From the NCBI RefSeq assembly GCF_036418315.1, contig NZ_JAZHPG010000024.1, positions 137,947 to 201,946 on the forward strand: a stretch of DNA of 64,000 bases. The letters are read 5' to 3'. Of the stretch, positions 22,108 to 31,003 are shown piece after piece. This stretch comes from Salarchaeum sp. III. GTDB lineage: Archaea > Halobacteriota > Halobacteria > Halobacteriales > Halobacteriaceae. The first letter of the stretch is position 1, and the number at the start of each line of letters is the position of its first letter. A program made the position numbers and the translations under genes. The notes below the pieces were generated by a model. That model was not told where the DNA came from. It made no database searches and saw only the letters and a program-made list of their open reading frames with translations.

Positions 22108-22535
22108 TGTGAATTAACTCCTTTCTCTGTTCGCATCGCGGGTCGTGAGAGCAGAACGACTCCATCCACCGTAACGTAGGCCGCGCCGTCGCCCGTAGTT
22201 TGGGTCTCCGAATCTGGATCGCCACTGGCGGGTTTCGACGCGGTCCCAGCCGCCTTCGGGGCGGCTGCGGGTTCATCTGTGAGTCTGACCTCTAACGTCG
22301 TTCCTACTTTTGGAACGCGCTTCACACCTGAAGAACCTTCGGATTCGCCCTCGGCTCGCGCCTCCGGTCGGTCAGCGCTCGCCCGCTGGGTCGAGCGTGG
22401 CTCGACCAGAAGCGTGCGCATAGTCTCGTCGACGATGCGGCCCGCGATACCGACCCGCGAGGGGTCGGTCGAATCGACGACCTCCACGTGGAGGCCGACG
22501 AGTTCGTGTCGCGGGAGGTTCTCGGGCGTGAGCAT
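22098..22535 (-). CDS. rnp1: RNase P protein component 1 (Rpp29/Pop4)
   Basis: Conserved slot between L29 and S17. Sm-like core (HELVGLHVEVVDSTDPSRVGIAGRIVDETMRTLLV) with a haloarchaeal acidic insert. Start chosen at MLTPENLP (22535); an upstream in-frame ATG at 22580 would overlap L29. Confidence 0.7.
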   Translation of the reverse strand: MLTPENLPRHELVGLHVEVVDSTDPSRVGIAGRIVDETMRTLLVEPRSTQRASADRPEARAEGESEGSSGVKRVPKVGTTLEVRLTDEPAAAPKAAGTASKPASGDPDSETQTTGDGAAYVTVDGVVLLSRPAMRTEKGVNSQWR

Positions 22536-22539
22536 CCCG

Positions 22540-22740
22540 CTACGCTTCTTCTTCGTTCTGGATCGTTTTGATCCGCGCAATCGTCTTCTTCAGTTCGCTG
22601 ATGCGACCGGGGTTCTCCGGCGCACCACCCGCTGCCTGCACGGCCTTCGCGTTGAGGAGCTCGGTTTCGAGCTCGTCGAGTTCGGCTTCGCGCTCGGCGG
22701 GCGTCATGTCACGGATTTCTTCGACGTGAAGGATAGCCAT
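22540..22740 (-). CDS. rpl29: 50S ribosomal protein L29 (uL29)
   Basis: 66 aa [29 protein letters not shown], coiled-coil uL29. Confidence 0.85.
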   Translation of the reverse strand: MAILHVEEIRDMTPAEREAELDELETELLNAKAVQAAGGAPENPGRISELKKTIARIKTIQNEEEA

Positions 22741-23726
22741 TATTCCTCACCCTCCTCTTCTTCTTCCTCGTCCATTTCCTCGAGGAGTTCTTCGGCTTCC
22801 TCCTCGACACCGGCTTCGAGGTCGTCGAAGTCTTCCTCGTCGACGTCTTCTTCCTCGGCTTCGACGTCAGCCGCGAGCTCGTCGAGTTCCTCCTCGATTG
22901 TCTCCTCGGAGTCCGGCGGCGAGGTCGGGCTCGCGCCCTCCTCGGCCTCGACCTCCGCGTCGTCGATTTCTTCCTCGGCGACATCGTCCGGGATGTCCTC
23001 GGTCGCGTCCTCGCCGGGCGCTTCGCCCTCGGGACCGCCGAGTTCCTCGTCTTCGGGTTCGCCTTCGAGGAGTTCCTCGACGCTCTCGCCTTCGAGTTCC
23101 TCCTCGTCGACGACGAGGTCCGCGATGTCGGCGTCCTCCGCGATTTCGAAGTCGTCGGGGAGTTCGGCGTTCGGCGGGATGATTTTCACGTTCACGCCGA
23201 TGGTGCCGAGCTTCATCACCGCGACACCCTGGCCGTGGTCGACGATCTCCTCCGCGGGCTCACCGTTGTGCTTGATGTAGCCGCGGTTGAACTTCTCGAC
23301 CCGGCTGCGGGCGCCGGTGACCTTCCCGCTCAGGACGATTTCAGCGCCGAGCGCGCCGGACTCCATGATGCGGTCGATGGTCGTGTGACCGGCCTTCCGG
23401 AAGTACCAGCCGCGTTCGAGCGCGTTGGCGAGACGGTCCGCGACGATCTGCGCGTTCAGGTCGGGTTCGTCGACCTCCTGCACGTCGATCTGTGGGTCCT
23501 CGAGGTCGAATCGCTCCTCGAGTTCCGTCGTGATCTTCCGGATGTTCTTCCCGCCCTTCCCGATGACCATCCCGGGCTTCTCGGCCTTGAGGACGATCTG
23601 GATTCCCATCGGGGTGGGCGCGAGTTCCATGCCACCGTAGCCAGCGCGCGCGAGCTCTTCACCGAAGAACTCGTCTATCTGGGAGCGCTGAAGGCCCTGT
23701 TCGATGAATTCGACTTCGTCTGCCAT
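22740..23726 (-). CDS. rps3: 30S ribosomal protein S3 (uS3) with long acidic C-terminal tail
   Basis: KH domain ([15 protein letters not shown]) plus S3-C domain. About 110 residues of D/E-rich tail follow. Confidence 0.9.
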   Translation of the reverse strand: MADEVEFIEQGLQRSQIDEFFGEELARAGYGGMELAPTPMGIQIVLKAEKPGMVIGKGGKNIRKITTELEERFDLEDPQIDVQEVDEPDLNAQIVADRLANALERGWYFRKAGHTTIDRIMESGALGAEIVLSGKVTGARSRVEKFNRGYIKHNGEPAEEIVDHGQGVAVMKLGTIGVNVKIIPPNAELPDDFEIAEDADIADLVVDEEELEGESVEELLEGEPEDEELGGPEGEAPGEDATEDIPDDVAEEEIDDAEVEAEEGASPTSPPDSEETIEEELDELAADVEAEEEDVDEEDFDDLEAGVEEEAEELLEEMDEEEEEEGEE

Positions 23727-24196
23727 TATTCACTCACCTCGTCTGGTTTCTCGAGGACGAGTTCGACGTCGACCTCGGGCGTGTTCCACGCGGTCGCACG
23801 TCCCATCGCGCGGGGCTTGCGGCCCTGCGTCTCCCCGACCTTGTGCGGGGCGATGTGGGAGACGACCATCGTGTCCGCGTCGAACCCCTGCTGGTCGGCG
23901 TTGTTCTTCGCGTTCCCGATAAGACGCAGGAACGCCTTCGACGCCTTCTCCGGGTAGCGACCGGCGTCCCAGCCGTCGATGTCGCTTCGGTGGCCGACGC
24001 CGCTGTTGTGCTGCTTGAACGGCACGGACTGTTCTTCCGCGATGACGGCGTCGAGGAAGGATTCGGCCTCGCTCGCCGTCTTGCCCCTGATAGCCTTCGA
24101 GATCGCTTTCGAGTGCTTCAGGCTGATCGGCTCCTCGCGGAGCATCGCTTTCGCGGTGGTTTCCGGGTCCGTGTCGACGCTGTAGTTGATCCCCAT
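23726..24196 (-). CDS. rpl22: 50S ribosomal protein L22 (uL22)
   Basis: 156 aa. Operon position and conserved uL22 fold segments. Confidence 0.9.
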   Translation of the reverse strand: MGINYSVDTDPETTAKAMLREEPISLKHSKAISKAIRGKTASEAESFLDAVIAEEQSVPFKQHNSGVGHRSDIDGWDAGRYPEKASKAFLRLIGNAKNNADQQGFDADTMVVSHIAPHKVGETQGRKPRAMGRATAWNTPEVDVELVLEKPDEVSE

Positions 24197-24198
24197 TG

Positions 24199-24621
24199 TT
24201 ATTTGAGCGGCACGAACTTCGAGGAGCGGGTCGCGCCGATACCCGCCTGCCCGTGCTCGACCGAGGTGCGCGTGAGCTGGAACTCGCCGAGGTAGTGCCC
24301 GATCATCTCGGGCTCGACCTCGACGCGCTCGAACTCGTGTCCGTCGTAGACGGAGAACGTCAGGCCGACGAACTCCGGGAGAACGGGGAGGTCGCGGAGG
24401 TGCGTGCGAATCGGATTGTTCGCGGTCTCCTCCGGCGACTTCTCGCGCGCCTTCTCGACGACCTTCTCCTGCTCGTCGGTCAGGCCACGGGTGATACTTC
24501 GCCGCGTACGCGCGGGCAGCAGTTCCGCGACTTCGTCCAGGCTCATGTCCTGGAGTTCGTCGAGGTCGTAGCCGCGGTAGGTGAACTCACCCTCGCGGCC
24601 GGTGCGGTATTCCGTACTCAT
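24199..24621 (-). CDS. rps19: 30S ribosomal protein S19 (uS19)
   Basis: Start [26 protein letters not shown] confirmed at 24619-24621; the track ORF is over-extended. Confidence 0.9.
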   Translation of the reverse strand: MSTEYRTGREGEFTYRGYDLDELQDMSLDEVAELLPARTRRSITRGLTDEQEKVVEKAREKSPEETANNPIRTHLRDLPVLPEFVGLTFSVYDGHEFERVEVEPEMIGHYLGEFQLTRTSVEHGQAGIGATRSSKFVPLK

Positions 24622-24622
24622 G

Positions 24623-25339
24623 TTAGTTGCCTCCTCGGCCGGTCCGCTTCGACGCGATGTCCCCGACCTTCCGTCCCGGCGGGGCGTCCCGCGAGACGGA
24701 CTTCGGACGACCGGGGTGCTGGCGGCCACCGCCACCGAACGGGTGGTCGACGGCGTTCATCGCGACACCGCGGACGCGCGGCCACTTCGTGCCGCGCGAT
24801 TTCATCTTGTGGTGCTTGTTCCCCGCTTTCACGAACGGCTTCTCGGTGCGGCCGCCACCGGCGACCACGCCGACGGTGGCGCGGCAGTCGGGGGAGAGCC
24901 GCTTGACTTCGCCGCTCGGCAGCTGGACGACCGCGGCGTCACGCTCGTGCGTGATGAGGTCCGCGTTCACGCCGCTGGAACGCGCGAACTTCCCGCCGTC
25001 GCCGGGCTGACGCTCGACGTTGCACACCGGAACCCCTTCGGGGATTTCGGCGAGCGGGAGCGTGTTCCCGGGTTCGACGGCCGCGGAGACACCGACTTCG
25101 AGGGTATCTCCGACGCCCACGCCCTCGCTGGCGAGGACGAGACGCTGGTCGCCGTCGTCGAACTCGACGCGGGCGACCGGCGCGCTGCGCGCGGGGTCGT
25201 GCTCGACGTCGACGACCTCGCCGGACAGCACGTCGCTCTCGGGTTTCTTGTGCGACAGTTCAGCCTTGTATCGGTGCGACGGCGCGCGGAAGGTCGACCC
25301 GCCGCGCCCGCGTCGCTGACCCTGAATTCTTCGTCCCAT
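24623..25339 (-). CDS. rpl2: 50S ribosomal protein L2 (uL2)
   Basis: 238 aa. C-terminal [10 protein letters not shown] and [10 protein letters not shown] signatures. Confidence 0.95.
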   Translation of the reverse strand: MGRRIQGQRRGRGGSTFRAPSHRYKAELSHKKPESDVLSGEVVDVEHDPARSAPVARVEFDDGDQRLVLASEGVGVGDTLEVGVSAAVEPGNTLPLAEIPEGVPVCNVERQPGDGGKFARSSGVNADLITHERDAAVVQLPSGEVKRLSPDCRATVGVVAGGGRTEKPFVKAGNKHHKMKSRGTKWPRVRGVAMNAVDHPFGGGGRQHPGRPKSVSRDAPPGRKVGDIASKRTGRGGN

Positions 25340-25341
25340 TC

Positions 25342-25596
25342 TTAGAACACCCCGATGCGGGAGGCGACGTCCTGCGCGTCGTCCTCCTCGGAGAGCCGGA
25401 CGATGGCTTTCTTCGTGCCGTCCATCGTCACCTGCGTGTTGACGGACTCCACAGTGACGTCGTACTGCTCCTCGACTTCGTCGCGGACCTCGGGCTTCGA
25501 GGCGTCGATGTCCACGACGAACTGGAGCTTGTTGTGGAAGTCCATGTCGTTCATCGCCTTCTCCGTGACGAGGGGGTAGTCGATGAGTCCGCTCAT
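25342..25596 (-). CDS. rpl23: 50S ribosomal protein L23 (uL23)
   Basis: 84 aa MSGLIDYPLVTEKAMNDMDFHNKLQFVV. Confidence 0.9.
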   Translation of the reverse strand: MSGLIDYPLVTEKAMNDMDFHNKLQFVVDIDASKPEVRDEVEEQYDVTVESVNTQVTMDGTKKAIVRLSEEDDAQDVASRIGVF

Positions 25597-26348
25597 CGGT
25601 CGGCCACCTCCTCGACCGCGCTCTCGGTCCAGACGGTCAGCCGTCCGGGTTCCGTGCCGGGCGCGAGGTCTTCCGCGTTCACCTCGCGTGCGGTCGCGAC
25701 GTCGACGCCGGCGAGATTGCGCGCCGCCTTCGACGGCCCGGTCTCGCTGGACGTGACGAACAGGACGGACGTGGGTTCGCGGTACTTGCGGCCGCGGAGT
25801 TTCCCCTGGCCGGCCCGCACCGTCTTCCCGTCGTCCGCGCGTTCGACGTCAGCGTAGGCGCCGACGGATTCGAGGAAACTCACGACCTCCTTGGTCTTCA
25901 CGAGGTCCTCGAAGTCGTCGCTGACGACGAGCGGGAGGTCGAGGTCGTCGTCGAACGCGTGGCCGCGCTCGGCGACGGTGTCGGCGTCCGTGGTCGCCGC
26001 GATGGCGCTCCGGACGGCCGCCTTCCGCTCCTTGTCGTTCACCGCGAGCGAGTGGTCTTTCTCCGCCTTCGGCGGGTGTGCGCGTCGCCCACCGACGGCG
26101 AACGGAACGCGGGCGGCGCGTCCGTTCGTCTGGGGGACGTGCGCCATCCCGCGACCGCTCCCGGGCGACTCCGCGGACGTTCGCAGTCCCGCGAACTCGT
26201 CCGCTCCATACGACTGCTTTCGGTTGGCTTGGGCGGCGAGCACCGCACGCTTGATGAGGTCCGGCCGGTACGGCGTCTCGAAGACCTCCGGAAGGTCGAG
26301 CGTGCCGGCGTCCTCGCCGTCCAGGCCGCGTACTGTTGCCTGTGTCAT
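25593..26348 (-). CDS. rpl4: 50S ribosomal protein L4 (uL4)
   Basis: 251 aa. Operon position between L3 and L23. 4-nt overlaps on both sides. Confidence 0.9.
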   Translation of the reverse strand: MTQATVRGLDGEDAGTLDLPEVFETPYRPDLIKRAVLAAQANRKQSYGADEFAGLRTSAESPGSGRGMAHVPQTNGRAARVPFAVGGRRAHPPKAEKDHSLAVNDKERKAAVRSAIAATTDADTVAERGHAFDDDLDLPLVVSDDFEDLVKTKEVVSFLESVGAYADVERADDGKTVRAGQGKLRGRKYREPTSVLFVTSSETGPSKAARNLAGVDVATAREVNAEDLAPGTEPGRLTVWTESAVEEVADR

Positions 26349-27358
26349 CCTTGGTTCGAGCTATTGGAAACGTACCGAACCTCGGGATCGAGGCGCGGTG
26401 ATTCGTTCGGCCGGACGGCCGGACGGAAGCGCAGCACGCGCTTGTCCGGGCCCGGGAGCGATCCTTTCACGAGGGCGTACGGTCCGCTGACTTCGCCGTA
26501 GTTGACGAACCCGCCGTCGGCGTTGATGTCGTCCGCCGCGGCGTCGTCGCCGAAGTCGAGCAGGCGCTTGTTCAGTTCGGTGCGCTGGTGGTAGCCAGTC
26601 TGGCCCTGCTGGGGGACCGTCGAGCGAACGCGGCTCGGGTTCCACGGGCCCAGGTTACCGATGCGACGCCGCCATCCCTGGCGGGCGTGCTTGCCCTTGC
26701 GCTTCTGGACGCCCCAGCGCTTGACGGGGCCCTGGGTGCCCTTGCCCTTCGTGACGCCCGCGGCGTCGAGGAACTCGCCGGCGCGGAACACGTCGCCGAG
26801 TTCGTGACTGCCGTCGTCGAGAAGGTCGAGTGCGAAGTCGGCGCGGTCCTGAACGGAGCCGCCGCCGACGCGCGTCTCCATCACGTCGGGGTCCTTCTTC
26901 GGGACGCTCGCGACCTCGGACGGAACGGTGTGCGTGATGACACGCACGTCCGCCACGTCGTTGGCTTCGAGCGCCTCAGTGAGTGCGTCTCGGTCGCCGG
27001 GTTCGTCCGGCGTCGAGAGCACGCGGTCGAGGTCCTCGTGGAGGTCGGCCGCCCACACTTCCGTGAGCGGCTTCTGGCCGTACGGCGTGTCCTCGTAGAG
27101 GCGCACCGCGGCCGCGTGCATCGGGGGTGTTTCAACGAGCGTGACGGGGACGGACTGCTCCATACCCTCCGTGGGAGAGTTGGCTTTGTCGTCAACCGTC
27201 ACGACGTGAGTCATGCCTGCCTTGTATCCGGCGAAGCCCTGCAGGGCCGGCTGCCCGTCGTCGGTCGGCCAGCTGTTGAAGCGCGGCACTTCACTTGCTG
27301 CCCGCTTACGGGGGCCGTAGCCCATCGAGCCTTTTCGTGGTCGACTTGGTTGTGGCAT
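26345..27358 (-). CDS. rpl3: 50S ribosomal protein L3 (uL3)
   Basis: 337 aa with conserved uL3 segments (FAGYKAGMTHVV, KGKGTQGPVKRWG). Confidence 0.95.
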   Translation of the reverse strand: MPQPSRPRKGSMGYGPRKRAASEVPRFNSWPTDDGQPALQGFAGYKAGMTHVVTVDDKANSPTEGMEQSVPVTLVETPPMHAAAVRLYEDTPYGQKPLTEVWAADLHEDLDRVLSTPDEPGDRDALTEALEANDVADVRVITHTVPSEVASVPKKDPDVMETRVGGGSVQDRADFALDLLDDGSHELGDVFRAGEFLDAAGVTKGKGTQGPVKRWGVQKRKGKHARQGWRRRIGNLGPWNPSRVRSTVPQQGQTGYHQRTELNKRLLDFGDDAAADDINADGGFVNYGEVSGPYALVKGSLPGPDKRVLRFRPAVRPNESPRLDPEVRYVSNSSNQG

Positions 27359-27362
27359 CGTA

Positions 27363-28214
27363 TCACTCCGTGAGCGTGAGACAGCTGAGAGCGGCGAACA
27401 GAGCTTCTTCCGTTCGCACTACCTCGCTGCCCTGACGCGGGATGACGTTGAGCCAGGTGTCGAACCCACCGGGGGCGTGGGTGGCTGAGTCGGCGGACGC
27501 CTCCTCGACCGCTGATTCGGACACGCCGAGCATCGGGGGGAGTCCCCGAGCGGGAGCGCCGAACGCGACGGTCAGTCCGTCCTGGTGGACGCGGCGCGTG
27601 ACGTCCGGCAGTGACGACGCCGAGATAGGCGTGCCGTGCCGTGATGTCGCCACGCGGTAGCCCGCGTCGGGACGGTCGAGTTCGTCGCCGAGGTTCGAGC
27701 GAACCACTTGAAACCCTGGAGGGGTTTCGTCGAGGAGTTTCGCTCGGACCGGTCGTCGCGAAGAGACCCTGATGGTCACGCGCTCCCCCTCCACGACCTC
27801 CATACCGGGAGGCGTGTGGAGGGAGATCGGGTGTTGCATGCCGCAATTGACCCGGACGCGCCCTTCAGGTCCGACCTGGGTCACGATTCCCTGTCGTTTC
27901 GACCCCGAACCGCTCGATTCGGAGCCGGTCCATGCCGACACGAGGAGCGGCGGCAGGATGCCAGCGTACTCCAGTTCGCTCCGCGTCCCGAACGCCTCCT
28001 TTCGGAGGTATGGCGGGGTCGCGGCGTACCGGAGAACGGTTTCGACGAACCCGCCGCCCCACTTCTCTTCCCCCTCGGGGTCGTCGAAGACCACGAGGCG
28101 GTCAGCCCGGAAGACCGCGGCCGCGCGGGCCACGTAGCCGAGTTTGCGAGTTGCCTCGCGTTTGTCCTCGGCTTCCCGGACGAGGGACGACGGCACGAGT
28201 ACGCTGACTGTCAT
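27363..28214 (-). CDS. Putative SPOUT-class RNA methyltransferase (DUF171/COG2106-like), first gene of the r-protein operon
   Basis: 283 aa from MTVSVLVPSSLVREAEDKREATRKLGYVARAAAVFRADRLVVFDDPEGE. ATG confirmed at 28212-28214. A gene of this family sits upstream of L3 in many archaea. Family assigned from motif memory only. Confidence 0.5.
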   Translation of the reverse strand: MTVSVLVPSSLVREAEDKREATRKLGYVARAAAVFRADRLVVFDDPEGEEKWGGGFVETVLRYAATPPYLRKEAFGTRSELEYAGILPPLLVSAWTGSESSGSGSKRQGIVTQVGPEGRVRVNCGMQHPISLHTPPGMEVVEGERVTIRVSSRRPVRAKLLDETPPGFQVVRSNLGDELDRPDAGYRVATSRHGTPISASSLPDVTRRVHQDGLTVAFGAPARGLPPMLGVSESAVEEASADSATHAPGGFDTWLNVIPRQGSEVVRTEEALFAALSCLTLTE

Positions 28215-28230
28215 GCCGTATCGCTTCTTC

Positions 28231-28276
28231 GTCTCGACACGAGACTGTACCACGACTACCGACGGGACCCTTAAAA
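28231..28276 (-). promoter_or_regulatory. Putative promoter (TATA-like TTTTAA) and 5'-UTR hairpin of the ribosomal-protein operon
   Basis: On the minus strand, TTTTAA (plus 28271-28276) lies about 57 nt upstream of the ATG. A perfect 6-bp stem with 3-nt loop (gtctcg-aca-cgagac, 28231-28245) lies in the predicted leader. Confidence 0.3.
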
Positions 28277-28427
28277 GTATGGCGTTCTCCCCGACGGACT
28301 GAGACGGCTTCACACGGCCCCGTACGCCCGTTTCATGTGCTAGCGGGCGTCGGGGTCGACGCCCGCGCCGTGTTCGCTTCGCAAGTCTTATTTGTAGCGC
28401 CCCCCTCGATTCGAATGCGAAGAACGC

Positions 28428-28498
28428 GCGCTGGTAGTGTAGTGGTATCACGTGACCTTGCCATGGTCACAACCTGGGTTCAAATCCCAGCCAGCGCA
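28428..28498 (+). tRNA. tRNA-Gly (anticodon GCC)
   Basis: GCGCTGG-TA-GTGTAGTGGTATCAC-G-TGACC-TTGCCAT-GGTCA-CAAC-CTGGG-TTCAAAT-CCCAG-CCAGCGC-A. Perfect 7-bp acceptor, 5-bp anticodon and T stems, anticodon GCC. Confidence 0.9.
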
Positions 28499-28588
28499 TT
28501 TCTACTGCGAACGAAGTGAGCAGTGAAATCGCTCACGGGGATTCTGAACTAAGGAACGAAGCGAGCGAACGCGAGCGGAGTGACTGAA

Positions 28589-28614
28589 GTTCAAATCCCA
28601 GCCAGCGCACTTCT
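28589..28614 (+). repeat. Direct repeat copy 2 of the tRNA-Gly 3' end (att-like remnant)
   Basis: gttcaaatcccagccagcgcaCttct is identical over 21 nt to tRNA-Gly positions 28478-28498, with the following ttct also conserved. Confidence 0.7.
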
Positions 28615-28723
28615 CTCAGACGCATACCGTCGAGCGAGCCGTCTCTCGCTCGGCGTGTGATAGTAGGTGTGAATGTGATAGCGGGATTTGAGCCAGTCAG
28701 GCGAGCGCAGTGAGTCTGACGCT

Positions 28724-28749
28724 GTTCAACTCCCAGCCAGCGCACTTCT
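28724..28749 (+). repeat. Direct repeat copy 3 of the tRNA-Gly 3' end (att-like remnant, one or two mismatches)
   Basis: gttcaaCtcccagccagcgcacttct. Same orientation, 226 nt downstream of the tRNA. Confidence 0.65.
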
Positions 28750-28953
28750 GCTGGCTGAGCAGGCCGAGTGTCTCGGGCCTTGACCGCGAGGCGGTTCACT
28801 GCAATCAATTGCTCTGAGAGGGGCGCGTATTATTCGAGTTGTGTAGTAGTATGTGTGGGGCTAGCAGAACGGTGCGCGCTCGTACCGCCGAAGTGTTCGG
28901 ACGGGGAGCGTCTGCGGCCAGACGCTAAGTAGCGCGCCGCCGAACGCTCGAGT

Positions 28954-29268
28954 ATGACAGTCATCGCGCTGTTGAGCGTTGCGCCGGTTCGGGAGGGAAG
29001 CATGGGCGAGGACGTGGCGAAGGCGGTCGCGGCGCTCGACGAGTACGACGTGTCGTACGAGACGAACCCGATGGGGACCGTTATCGAGGCGGATGACATC
29101 GACGCGCTGCTGGACGCGGTTGGGGCGGCGCACAAGGCGGTTCCGGGCGACCGCGTGAGCACGTTCCTGAAGATAGACGACAAGCGGGGTCGCGACCAGC
29201 GCGCACGCGAGAAAGTCGACTCGGTCGAGGACGCGCTCGGCCGGCCGGCGCGCCGGGAGCGGGACTGA
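28954..29268 (+). CDS. MTH1187/YkoF-family (UPF0045) small alpha/beta protein
   Basis: 104 aa MTVIALLSVAPVREGSMGEDVAKAVAALDEYDVSYETNPMGTVIEADDIDAL is the characteristic YkoF-like ferredoxin-fold start. A paralog sits at 57021-57338. Confidence 0.65.
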   Translation: MTVIALLSVAPVREGSMGEDVAKAVAALDEYDVSYETNPMGTVIEADDIDALLDAVGAAHKAVPGDRVSTFLKIDDKRGRDQRAREKVDSVEDALGRPARRERD

Positions 29269-29304
29269 GAAACCCTTTACGCGAGACGGGCGAACGCGCT
29301 GGGT

Positions 29305-30231
29305 ATGGAGAGCGTCAATCGGATGGCCATCGAGCTAGCGGACGAAGCCCTGGATTTCGCGGACGAACTGGACATCGGGGCGTTCGACCTGGAGAACGGC
29401 GCGACCGTCCTCGACTTCGGCGTGGACTTCGAGGGCGGGATGGAGGCCGGACTGTTGCTCGCGGAACTCCAGACCGCGGGGCTGGCGACGGTGCAGACGC
29501 GGATGGACGAGGTCGCGGGCGCGGCGTTCCCGCACGTCGAACTCACGTGCGATCGGCCCGGGCTGGGGCTGCTGTGCTCGCAGAAGGCGGGCTGGCAGCT
29601 CTCCCTCGACGGCTTCGAGGGGCTGGGGTCGGGGCCGGCGCGCGCGCTGGTCGCGGACGAGGCTGAGTTCCGCGCGCTCGGGTACACTGACGCGTTCGAC
29701 CTCACAGTATTGAGTATCGAGTCCGACAGCCTCCCGACGGAGGCTGTCGCGGAGCGAATCGCGGAGGAGGCGGGCGTGAACACGGACGGCGTCTACCTGC
29801 CGACGTACGCGACCGCGAGCATCGCGGGGAGCGTCTCCGCGGCCGCACGCCCGGCCGAGATGGCGCTGTTCCGATTGTTCGAGGCGGGCTACGACCCGCA
29901 GAAGGTGCTCTCCGCGACGGGGAGCGCGCCGGTCGCGCCGGTCGCGGGCGGCGAGGAGGAAGCCATCGCGCGCACGACCGACAGCGTCGTGCACGGCGGC
30001 CAGGCTCACTTCACGGTGCGCGAGGACAGCGACGCGTTCGACGCGCTGCCGTCGACGGCGAGCGAGTACGACGCGCCCTCCCGGGCCGTGTTCGCGGACG
30101 CGGACTGGGAGATGAGCGAAGTCGCCGAGGGCTACTTCGCGCCCGCGCAGGTGACGATAAACGTCGTCGGCGGCCCGACGTACGCGCTCGGCGACACCCG
30201 CGAGGATCTGCTGGCGGAGAGTTTCCTGTAG
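29305..30231 (+). CDS. mch: Methenyltetrahydromethanopterin cyclohydrolase
   Basis: 308 aa. Conserved Mch segments NGATVLDFGV, GLATV, QKAGWQLS, LGSGPARAL, FAPAQVTINV. Confidence 0.85.
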   Translation: MESVNRMAIELADEALDFADELDIGAFDLENGATVLDFGVDFEGGMEAGLLLAELQTAGLATVQTRMDEVAGAAFPHVELTCDRPGLGLLCSQKAGWQLSLDGFEGLGSGPARALVADEAEFRALGYTDAFDLTVLSIESDSLPTEAVAERIAEEAGVNTDGVYLPTYATASIAGSVSAAARPAEMALFRLFEAGYDPQKVLSATGSAPVAPVAGGEEEAIARTTDSVVHGGQAHFTVREDSDAFDALPSTASEYDAPSRAVFADADWEMSEVAEGYFAPAQVTINVVGGPTYALGDTREDLLAESFL

Positions 30232-30725
30232 TGCGACACAAGCCCGTTCCGCCCGCGCCCGACTCCCTCAACGACCTGTGGGCGGTTCACGCGACGGTGC
30301 CGGCCGACCCGCGGACGGAAAGCGACTGTTGCGAGCGCGTCGTCGCCCAGACAGATGTTGAGGACCGCGGCGACGCCTCGGACTGGCTCGCCTTCCTGCG
30401 CGCGCTCTCGCTCGCGCGCGAGACCGACGAGGGGTTCGAGCGCGTCCACGACGCGCCGAATCGGGAGACGCTCGCGCGACGGTTCCGCGACGGCGTGTAC
30501 GGCGCGCGCGAAGTCCTGAACGCGCTCGGGGAGAACGCACGGAACGCCGAGGACGTGTTCGCGGCGTTCGACGCGGTGCCGCGATGGGAGCGGGAGACGG
30601 CGGACTGGGAGGACGAGTGGGGCGAGCGCGTCCAACGGTTGCTGGACTGGGCGGTGCTGTTCGGGCTCGCGGAATCGACGGCCGGCGGCTATCGCGTGAC
30701 CGCGACGAGCGACCCGGAGACGTAA
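30231..30725 (+). CDS. Hypothetical protein (GTG start overlapping mch stop)
   Basis: 164 aa acidic protein. Start overlaps the mch stop by 1 nt. No family recognised. Confidence 0.4.
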   Translation: MRHKPVPPAPDSLNDLWAVHATVPADPRTESDCCERVVAQTDVEDRGDASDWLAFLRALSLARETDEGFERVHDAPNRETLARRFRDGVYGAREVLNALGENARNAEDVFAAFDAVPRWERETADWEDEWGERVQRLLDWAVLFGLAESTAGGYRVTATSDPET

Positions 30726-31003
30726 GTCGCGCCCACGACCACCGGGATTCGCGCGGGCTGCGGGAGAACTCCGGCGAGGAGCGCAGCGAGAATACCGACG
30801 ACGAGCGCGGTCGTCGCGGTTTCGAGGCGGTCCCGCGGCGACGGCTCGGTGAGTTCCGCGCCCGCCGCGAAAAACGGCAGGCCGAGCGCGAGTCCGGCCG
30901 CGAGCGCGAACGCCCCGGGCGCGATAACGGAGACGCCTGCAGCGGTGACGGCGGTGAGCGCGAGTCCGGCGACCAGCTCCGTGGCGTCGAACGTGAACTC
31001 CAT
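30689..31003 (-). CDS. Small hydrophobic membrane protein (hypothetical)
   Basis: 104 aa with 3 predicted TM helices. Start overlaps the stop of the GTPase gene. Weak call. Confidence 0.35.
   Translation of the reverse strand: MEFTFDATELVAGLALTAVTAAGVSVIAPGAFALAAGLALGLPFFAAGAELTEPSPRDRLETATTALVVGILAALLAGVLPQPARIPVVVGATYVSGSLVAVTR

Noticed and set aside
22098-22580. Alternative longer start for the Rpp29 gene at 22580
   Set aside because: Would overlap the L29 coding region by 41 nt. The downstream ATG at 22535 leaves a 4-nt gap after the L29 stop and begins the conserved core, so the shorter form is preferred.
28533-28808. 91-aa minus-strand ORF in the tRNA-Gly downstream region
   Set aside because: Its duplicated RWLGVE/RWLGFEL peptide simply mirrors the repeated tRNA 3' fragments. 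No coding bias. Treated as non-coding att-remnant DNA.
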